In this document: positions 21,101 through 26,787 of the stretch, in pieces | How positions within the stretch are numbered: position 1 is the first letter of the stretch | How the letters are laid out: the number at the start of each line of letters is the position of its first letter | NCBI GenBank assembly: GCA_020629205.1 | Contig: JAHDDV010000001.1 | Location: 1-60,579 of the forward strand | Origin: Chitinophagales bacterium | GTDB taxonomy: Bacteria; Bacteroidota; Bacteroidia; Chitinophagales; UBA2359 | Length of the DNA stretch: 60,579 nucleotides | Reading direction: 5' to 3' | Notes under the pieces: generated by a model | What the model was told of the DNA's origin: nothing | Seen by the model: the letters and a program-made list of their open reading frames with translations, nothing else | Databases searched by the model: none | Program-made: the position numbers and the translations under genes

Positions 21101-24100
21101 GGAGACTGTGAGTACACTCCGATAGAGGGATGCTGCGAAGGACCAGATTCCTGCGACGATGGTGATCCATGCACAGTAGATACCTGCGTAGACGGCACTT
21201 GCATCAACACACCAAATGATTGTGACGATGGCGATCCTTGTACTGCAGATTCCTGCGATACGGAAACCGGCGACTGCATCAATGAGCTGATTGCCGATTG
21301 CTGTACCGAACCTGCTGCCTGCGACGATGGCGATCCATGTACAGTGGATACCTGTGAAGACGGCACTTGTGTCAATACCCCAAATGATTGCGACGACGGA
21401 GATCCTTGCACCACAGATTTCTGTGATCCTGAAACAGGTGATTGCATTAATGAGCTTTCATCCAATTGCTGTGATCTGAATGAAGACTGCGACGATGGCG
21501 ACCCATGTACCGTAGACACTTGCGAAGACGGCACTTGTGTCAATACCCCAAATGATTGCGATGATGGCGATCCCTGCACCATCGATACTTGCGAAGATGG
21601 CAACTGTGTGAACAGCCCTCAGGTTTGTGATGACGAAAACCCCTGTACCATTGATACCTGCGAAGATGGCAATTGTCTCTTCACCCCAATTGACTGCGAT
21701 GACGGTGATCCTTGCACAACGGACTTCTGCGACTCCGAAACAGGGGAATGTGTATATGTTACCATCGAGCTTTGCTGTACGGAGCCGGGCGACTGTGATG
21801 ACGGCGATCCTTGTACAGTCGATACCTGCGAAGACGGCCTTTGTGTCTTCACACCAACGAGCTGCGATGATGGCGATCCATGTACGACTGACAGCTGCGA
21901 TCCAATTACTGGCGATTGCCTGTTTACACCAAATGACAACTGCTGCTCAGAACCGGGCGACTGCGATGATGGCGATCCCTGTACCATTGATACCTGTGAG
22001 GATGGGGTTTGTGTCTTCACTCCAGCGACTTGCGATGATGGCGATCCATGTACCACAGATAGCTGCGATCCCGACACAGGCGATTGCGTGTTCACTCCAA
22101 ATGAAAACTGCTGTTCGGAACCAGGCGATTGTGATGACGGCGATCCTTGTACGGTCGATACCTGTGAGGATGGAGTCTGTGTCTTCACTCCAGCCGATTG
22201 CGATGATGGTGATCCTTGTACGCTTGACTCCTGTGATCCGAAGACGGGCGACTGTGTAAATGTACCGCTCGATTGTGATGACGGTGATCCTTGCACAATC
22301 GATAGCTGCGATGGCGGCGAATGCATCAATGAACCTGTGAACTGTGATGATGGCGATCCTTGTACCGTTGACAGCTGCGACGCCAGCACTGGCGAATGTA
22401 TCAATGAAGCGGTAGTGTGCGATGATAATAATCCATGCACTGATGATGCTTGCAATGCTGTAACAGGGGAATGCGAATTCACCGACAATGGTACTTGCTG
22501 CAATGGCATCGAAGATTGTGATGACGGTGATCCTTGTACCATCGATACCTGCGAAGATGGTGCCTGTGTAAACACCCCGAATCCATGCGATGATGGTGAC
22601 CCTTGTACGATAGATACCTGCGAAGAAGGAGGCGTCTGTGTCAATACCCCACAGCTCTGCGACGATGGTAACCCATGTACAAACGAATTCTGTAACGAAG
22701 ATGGTGATTGTGTCTATCAAACTATCGTTTGCAATGACGACAATCCCTGCACCAACGATTTCTGTGATGGAGAAGGAAATTGTGTGCATGAACCCATAGT
22801 CTGCGATGATGGTGATGCCTGTACCGTGGATACCTGCGATGCCGATGGCAACTGTGTCTTCACACCGATCACCTGCGATGATGGCTCCGATTGTACGGAG
22901 GATAGCTGCGATCCAGTGCTAGGCTGTGTATTCACTCCCGTAGACGAGATCTGCTGCGATTCCTCCATCGATTGTAATGACGGAGATCCTTGCACAGTCG
23001 ATACCTGTGAGGATGGCGCTTGCTATAACAGACTCTTTGTCTGCGATGACGAAGATCCCTGTACCACTCAATATTGTGAAGACGGTATTTGCTACTTCGA
23101 ACCAATCCTCTGCGATGATGGAAACGCCTGTACCTTTGATACTTGTGTGGATGGCAGCTGTGTCTTCACACCGATTATCTGCGATGATGGCGATCCATGT
23201 ACCGAGGAGTTCTGCAATGATGGTATCTGTGTAGGTAGTTTTGTCAATTGCGATGATGGCGATCCTTGCACCATCGATTATTGCGACAATGGTGCCTGCT
23301 ACCACGAACCTATTGTTTGTGATGATGGCGATCCTTGTACCTTTGATTTCTGTCTGGGCGGTGTATGCATCAGTACTACTATCGCCTGCGAAGACGGTGA
23401 TGGATGCACAATAGACTATTGCGAAAATGGCGACTGCTTCTCTGAGCATCTCTATGAATGGGAGTTCAATATCAACAATCCAAGTGCGATTGGCGAAGGC
23501 GATGGCTCGATCACCATGACCATCACCAACACGCCGATGGATTCGCTCTATTGGTTCTGGTTGATTCAAGGTTCGGATACACTCGAAATTGGCAATGATC
23601 TCACGACCTACACTTTTGATGAATTGTTTGCCGGAGATTACTTCGTCGAGGCATTTATTGCTGATAGCTGTACCACGGGTCCTCAGCTCATCACGCTGGA
23701 TGACGGCCCCGGACATCAGCCGCTCCTGCAAGCAGACCAATGGCTGCTATGGACCCTGACTAATCCGGCAACGCTGCAATGGCAGCCAAGTGCTGAAGCG
23801 ATCAGGCCAGAGCGGGAGCTAGTTGGCAATGAAGCCTTTGATGGAAATTGGGTCTTAGTGCCATCCAACAATGCGAATGCTACCTTTGCTCAACCGATTT
23901 CGCCAAATGCACGCGTGCAGCTTAGTACGATGCTCTTTGATGGCCAGGTGTTCTACTTCTCCGAAAATCCACAGACCAACAATTGGACGGCCTTAGAGGA
24001 CCCGGTTTTGGTGACACAGTTGAAAGGACTATTGCTGGAAGGTAGCTATCAATACTTCCCGACATCGAAGCAGCAAGTTTATCTGGGTGCTGGTCTAAAT

Positions 24101-24331
24101 TACCAGTACATCACTGCGGGTCCGACAGTCCTTTACACGGATTTAGGTGCCACCACCTTCCCGGAGATTGAGCAGGATCATTACCTGATACCATATTTGG
24201 AAGCTGGATTTGATAAAGACATAAGTAAACGAATTAACCTACATGGACGAGCGGCCTTGTACCATGGACTCCAACAATCCTGGGCTCCATATTTCAATCT
24301 CGGTCTGCGCGTTCCTTTGGAAAGAGAATAG
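15140..24331 (+). CDS. Giant (3063 aa) Cys/Asp-rich tandem-repeat surface protein
   Basis: A single uninterrupted ORF with an ATG start and signal peptide MIKFRNLLLLLLCCLVTFPAELQA. It comprises a ~400-aa unique N-domain, a hydrophobic segment, about 90 CDDGDPCTxDxC modules, one SprB-repeat-like module and a ~270-aa Cys-free C-terminus. Confidence 0.85.
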   Translation: MIKFRNLLLLLLCCLVTFPAELQATDERLIISSIANGASSGLIGQMTVENISEDLVPFQFGPYVIPASEASQGYVLPGERVVMIPPGEAKTLPLYGYCYSLHKAPANANGSFASIEDWVQPEDMDGAWVENLRFGGVKPDFLEDYQPSQTTLLVPASNFEMPYAIDEESNLVDAAALYVEALRRIHLAYYQTDGMDWLETPFDYKKQKERNAVIQQTFWIFTQALAGDEYTFSEFEELVFRQQVVKDWSSSNSRSVKNEGLKREIVNWWALFKDLGIVAGIFRADIYDTFPASVYLDAPQDSISRIRKPESVPDLDWILTYPSDHNIGLRDSLVNSDPNLWTEWNEELKKGPKKSADGNILITVPIFDWEQHDPYARPQKAGIDDMWRFIELTGSLLKESPKKPVWPYVVAAAAVVGSVTAIALLSNQADDCGDCDDGDPCTNDVCVYPDCVNTLINCDDGDPCTADYCENGICINAPIQDCCQSEEDCADDNPCTINTCVNGTCQLEFITCDDGDPCTTDFCQNGTCVYEPNACDDGDPCTIDDCDEEGNCTHEPKICDDENPCTIDACDENGNCFFTSIPCDDGDPCTDDSCENGDCVFVAIDCDDGDPCTQDSCDGAGNCINEPIVCDDGDPCTQDSCDEGDCVFEAIVCDDGDPCTTDYCDENGDCVFEGTTCDDGDPCTIDSCDEFGDCVFEPVVCNDGNACTEDLCDENGSCISIPIICDDNDPCTEDSCDPVLGCVYEPIEACCTGPESCDDGDPCTIDQCNTFTGECFSVPVICNDGNACTLDYCDGNGSCVSEPIVCDDGDPCTEDLCDPVDGCQFIPIENCCDGIGNCDDGDPCTIDQCNPETGECVSIPLNCNDGNACTIDTCDDEGNCSHEEITCNDGNPCTEDVCDPELGCQFIPIEGCCTSPLACDDGDPCTVDQCTGNNVCVHFPLNCDDGDPCTEDFCEDGGCQNVPISCDDGNPCTEDTCDPELGCIYTPIAACCQSPEDCDDNNPCTEDTCDPETGICSNIEIDCDDGDPCTVDVCQGNGICDHIFITDCCGENGNCDDGDPCTVDSCDPFSSECINEPIVCDDGDACTYDSCDEEGNCVSILFICQDGDPCTQDTCDPELGCIFIPIENCCSGIGTCDDGDPCTIDVCDEDTGTCISSPINCDDGNPCTLDQCDGEGNCIYFEVGCSDGDICTEDICDPIEGCIFVPIEGCCANASDCPISDPCTQAICNLENGECLYVPIDCDDGDPCTNDFCEDGFCQFVPVVCDDGNDCTEDICTENGCEYIPIEACCADEADCDDGNACTIDTCDPETGLCSNEPISCDDGDPCTEDFCSGDGICVNQPIVCDDDNPCTEDACVDGECVFTDIDCDDGNPCTEDLCDAFLGCQNVPIGGCCQGSEDCDDGDPCTIDTCDAETNTCMSIPVSCSDGDACTTDFCDGEGNCVHEAITCDDGDPCTEDSCDPVTGCVFTPIEGCCQVAADCDDGDPCTVAECDLEAGSCVFVPIDCDDNNACTTDFCNEDGACVHEPISCDDGDPCTEDSCDPVEGCIYTPVENCCSDAVDCDDGDPCTIDTCEDGNCVNSPKDCDDGDACTIDSCDAEGNCIYEEFVCDDGNDCTEDFCDPVEGCRYVPIESCCSGPEDCDDGDPCTIDDCDPETGECMNTPVACDDNDACTTDSCNELGECVFEAISCDDGDPCTEDTCDPELGCVYTAIENCCESGNDCDDGNPCTLDTCSENGECIYAPISCDDGNACTIDTCDGETGACINTPIDCDDGDPCTTDSCDGSGNCINEAISCDDGNACTIDSCDADGNCVYEFTACDDNDPCTEDLCDSDTGECTSVPLDCSDGNPCTIDSCDGEGNCINTPIDCADDNPCTEDICNGATGECVHVIINCDDGNACTWDYCDGEGNCIHQEFECDDGDPCTIDSCDPALGCVSTPIEGCCTEEADCDDGDPCTIDSCEAGTCTNTPISCDDNDPCTEDSCNAETGDCEYTPIEGCCEGPDSCDDGDPCTVDTCVDGTCINTPNDCDDGDPCTADSCDTETGDCINELIADCCTEPAACDDGDPCTVDTCEDGTCVNTPNDCDDGDPCTTDFCDPETGDCINELSSNCCDLNEDCDDGDPCTVDTCEDGTCVNTPNDCDDGDPCTIDTCEDGNCVNSPQVCDDENPCTIDTCEDGNCLFTPIDCDDGDPCTTDFCDSETGECVYVTIELCCTEPGDCDDGDPCTVDTCEDGLCVFTPTSCDDGDPCTTDSCDPITGDCLFTPNDNCCSEPGDCDDGDPCTIDTCEDGVCVFTPATCDDGDPCTTDSCDPDTGDCVFTPNENCCSEPGDCDDGDPCTVDTCEDGVCVFTPADCDDGDPCTLDSCDPKTGDCVNVPLDCDDGDPCTIDSCDGGECINEPVNCDDGDPCTVDSCDASTGECINEAVVCDDNNPCTDDACNAVTGECEFTDNGTCCNGIEDCDDGDPCTIDTCEDGACVNTPNPCDDGDPCTIDTCEEGGVCVNTPQLCDDGNPCTNEFCNEDGDCVYQTIVCNDDNPCTNDFCDGEGNCVHEPIVCDDGDACTVDTCDADGNCVFTPITCDDGSDCTEDSCDPVLGCVFTPVDEICCDSSIDCNDGDPCTVDTCEDGACYNRLFVCDDEDPCTTQYCEDGICYFEPILCDDGNACTFDTCVDGSCVFTPIICDDGDPCTEEFCNDGICVGSFVNCDDGDPCTIDYCDNGACYHEPIVCDDGDPCTFDFCLGGVCISTTIACEDGDGCTIDYCENGDCFSEHLYEWEFNINNPSAIGEGDGSITMTITNTPMDSLYWFWLIQGSDTLEIGNDLTTYTFDELFAGDYFVEAFIADSCTTGPQLITLDDGPGHQPLLQADQWLLWTLTNPATLQWQPSAEAIRPERELVGNEAFDGNWVLVPSNNANATFAQPISPNARVQLSTMLFDGQVFYFSENPQTNNWTALEDPVLVTQLKGLLLEGSYQYFPTSKQQVYLGAGLNYQYITAGPTVLYTDLGATTFPEIEQDHYLIPYLEAGFDKDISKRINLHGRAALYHGLQQSWAPYFNLGLRVPLERE
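16430..23440 (+). repeat. In-frame coding tandem-repeat array (about 90 units of 66-90 nt)
   Basis: I hand-counted 90 [PADIG]-C-T motifs in the consensus C-D-D-G-D-P-C-T-x-D-x-C-x(3-6)-C-x(4-7). A longer variant ending in ..PIExCC....C recurs periodically. Confidence 0.9.
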
Positions 24332-24350
24332 TAATTTTGAGTATATGCGT

Positions 24351-24553
24351 TTTTGGAGCCGGGCAGATCGGGCCGTAGCAGCGGCCTACCCGTGCTCCGC
24401 TAATACTCAGCACCCAGCTAGCTGCTCCAGCTCAGCCAGTAGCATCTCCTCCTATCGTCGGAGCTACTACTGGCTGGCTTGCGCCACGCTATCCGGGCAC
24501 TTCGTTCCGCTGCGCCCGGGGCTATTGGGCCAGGTCTTTCGAGCGCGCTAAAT
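24351..24553 (+). repeat. Interspersed intergenic repeat, copy C (long form with tail)
   Basis: Starts 19 nt after the giant gene's stop. It differs from copy F by 10 substitutions and no indels over 172 nt (hand alignment). The tail is GGGCCAGGTCTTTCGAGCGCGCTAAAT. Confidence 0.85.
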
Positions 24554-24633
24554 AGACGATCTAAGGAATGTAGCACTGTGTCAATATAGTTGCAATACTC
24601 GCTATTGATGCCACGGATTTTGTATGAGAAAAG

Positions 24634-24836
24634 CTAACGCGCTCGAAAGACTGCGCAAATTAGCCCGGATAGAAATGGAAATGAAGGCCTCAGTTCAGGA
24701 GACTGAGCGCCAGCTAGTGCTGGCTGTGAGGAACGAGCAGACAGCAATAGCTGTGCAGCGAAGCCCTGAATGAGGCCTTCATTGGAATGGATAGCCGGAC
24801 GGTCGCTGCTACGGCCGAAAATGCTGGGCTCCAAAA
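24634..24836 (-). repeat. Divergent subfamily copy D, inverted relative to copy C
   Basis: The reverse complement starts TTTTGGAGCCCAGC..GGCCGTAGCAGCGACC and ends GTCTTTCGAGCGCGTTAG, so its termini are shared with copy C. The interior is different and contains an 18-bp long-range stem (24680-24698 / 24766-24783). Confidence 0.7.
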
Positions 24837-24961
24837 GATTAATTAGCAAAAAAAGACATAGTGCAGAAGGACATCAATGAGGGACAAGAATACCGAATCG
24901 GGATCGGCCGCATTTCCGGTAATGATGGTATTGGATTACTGGGGAGCGCAAATGAATACAG

Positions 24962-25570
24962 ATGATCACCTACGGAATTATTGCTCTGACCTGCCTCATT
25001 TCCTACCTTGGTTTCGACAATCAATCGCTGCGTAACAAGCTGCTTTTTATTCCTTATCGAGTAAAGCACAATCGGGAGTTTCACCGCTTTGTCAGTTCAG
25101 GGCTGGTTCACGCAGATATGCTGCATCTAGGTTTCAATCTTTTTGTGCTTTTTCAATTCGGGCCGATTCTAGAGCGGTATTATGCGTCCATTCTAGGGGC
25201 AGGATATGGAATAGCCTACCTGCTGTTGTACTTTGGAGGTATGGCAGCGGCAGATTATGCGACCTATTTGAAATTCAAAGATAATTCATCCTATCGAAGT
25301 CTGGGAGCATCAGGGGCGGTTTCGGCTGTCCTCTTGAGTTTTATCGTTATTGATCCCTGGTCGAAACTGCAGCCGATCTTCTTTCCGATGGAAATTTATT
25401 CCTTCTACATCGGCATTGCATACCTGCTTTATTCCTATTTTGCTGGACGAAAACTCAAAGACAATATCAACCACGATGCTCATTTGTTTGGAGCCATTTG
25501 GGGTATATTATTCACCTTTGCCATGGAACCCAGACTGATAAGAAGATTGGGAGATTCACTGGGATTTTAA
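24962..25570 (+). CDS. Rhomboid family intramembrane serine protease
   Basis: 202 aa and multi-TM, with HLGFNL, the catalytic GASGAV, and the downstream His in AHLFGAIWG. Confidence 0.85.
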   Translation: MITYGIIALTCLISYLGFDNQSLRNKLLFIPYRVKHNREFHRFVSSGLVHADMLHLGFNLFVLFQFGPILERYYASILGAGYGIAYLLLYFGGMAAADYATYLKFKDNSSYRSLGASGAVSAVLLSFIVIDPWSKLQPIFFPMEIYSFYIGIAYLLYSYFAGRKLKDNINHDAHLFGAIWGILFTFAMEPRLIRRLGDSLGF

Positions 25571-25571
25571 C

Positions 25572-26597
25572 ATGATAATGATAGACTTAAGAAGTGACAC
25601 AGTAACGCGGCCTTCTCCAGAGATGAAGGACTATATGATGAAGGCTCCGCTGGGGGATGATGTATTTGCAGAGGATCCTACCGTGATCAAATTGGAGAAA
25701 ATGGCTGCGGAGATGTTTGGAATGGAAGCAGGCCTTTTCTGTCCATCCGGCACTATGACAAACCAAATTGCTGTAAAGGCACATACGCAACCTTTGGACG
25801 AATTAATCATTCACAAGCTCTCTCACATCTACTACTACGAAGTCGGCGGTATTGCCTTTAATTCGGGTGTATCCGTGAAGCTCTGTGATGGACCGAATGG
25901 CTTTTTGACGGCTGAAGATGTAAGCAAGAATGTTATGCCTGATCAGGACTGGTTTCCCAATACGCGATTGGTCTGTTTGGAGAACACTACGAATAAGGGA
26001 GGAGGAGCTTGCTATGAGCTAGCGCAAATGAAAGAGCTGAGCGAGCGCAGCCGCGAGCATGGGCTAATGGTGCATTTGGATGGTGCCCGACTGTTTAATG
26101 CAATCGTGAAAAAAGGATACACAGCCGGGCAAATTGGACCAATGTTCGACAGCATTTCCATTTGTCTCTCCAAAGGATTAGGAGCGCCAGTAGGTAGTCT
26201 CCTGCTCGGAAAGCAGGCATTTATCAAAAAGTCTCGCAAGATTAGGAAGGTGCTAGGAGGGGGAATGCGGCAGGCAGGAATTCTGGCTGCTGCCGGTATC
26301 TATGCCCTTGAACATAACATCGAACGCTTGTCAGAAGACCATAGGAGAGCCAAGGAACTTGAAAGCTGTCTGGCCAGACAAAGTTACATTACCAATATTC
26401 GACCAGCAGAGACAAATTTGGTCATCTTTGAAACGGTAGAATCGCTTGATGCAGGGCTGCTGAAGCAATCAATGGCAGAACGAGGGATCGAGATGGTAAA
26501 TATGGATGCATCACTGGTGAGATTTGCGACCCATCTGGACTTTACTGATGATATGCTTGCCCATGTTTGCGAAACGCTGGACAATCTAAATTTCTAG
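25572..26597 (+). CDS. ltaE: Low-specificity L-threonine aldolase
   Basis: Near-colinear with E. coli LtaE: MIDLRSDTVTRPS, LENT, HLDGAR.FNA, SICLSKGLGAPVGSLL, GGGMRQAGILAAAG. The start could instead be 25578. Confidence 0.92.
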   Translation: MIMIDLRSDTVTRPSPEMKDYMMKAPLGDDVFAEDPTVIKLEKMAAEMFGMEAGLFCPSGTMTNQIAVKAHTQPLDELIIHKLSHIYYYEVGGIAFNSGVSVKLCDGPNGFLTAEDVSKNVMPDQDWFPNTRLVCLENTTNKGGGACYELAQMKELSERSREHGLMVHLDGARLFNAIVKKGYTAGQIGPMFDSISICLSKGLGAPVGSLLLGKQAFIKKSRKIRKVLGGGMRQAGILAAAGIYALEHNIERLSEDHRRAKELESCLARQSYITNIRPAETNLVIFETVESLDAGLLKQSMAERGIEMVNMDASLVRFATHLDFTDDMLAHVCETLDNLNF

Positions 26598-26787
26598 TAC
26601 CCAGGGCACTAGTATTAACAATCTACATACTATGTTTGGATAGCGAAGCCGGTCTTTTCGCTTTCCAATCCGCGCGCTTGTCTGCGAACAGGCTAAAAGG
26701 GTAGCGCTACAGCCGATTTCTGGCATGAATTCTGCACTTTATTCCTTCGGCTGTTGAGCTCTTTCAATCCCGTATTAAGCAACTAGC

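Noticed and set aside
16430-23440. Regular ~70-80-nt periodicity that could superficially suggest a CRISPR-like array.
   Set aside because: The units are contiguous with no unique spacers, they stay in frame within one ORF, and they are conserved at the protein level rather than the DNA level. No cas genes are present.
16409-23740. Many long ORFs (up to 341 aa) on the minus strand and in alternative plus-strand frames inside the giant gene. Examples are 21619-22644 (-) with SSQVS.VQGSPSSQS repeats, 20875-21603 (-), 18845-19714 (-) and 18336-19211 (+).
   Set aside because: These are shadow ORFs. The repeated GAT-GAT-GGC-GAT-CC.-TG.-AC. codon pattern lacks stop codons in several frames. Their periodicity simply mirrors the sense-strand repeat. 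The 3063-aa frame is the only one with a signal peptide and continuous coding logic.
26598-26615. A 10-nt match (reverse complement CCCTGGGTAC) to the 3' end of tRNA-Leu, considered as a possible att-site remnant.
   Set aside because: It is too short, in the wrong orientation and context, and has no integrase or island features between the two sites. This is consistent with chance.
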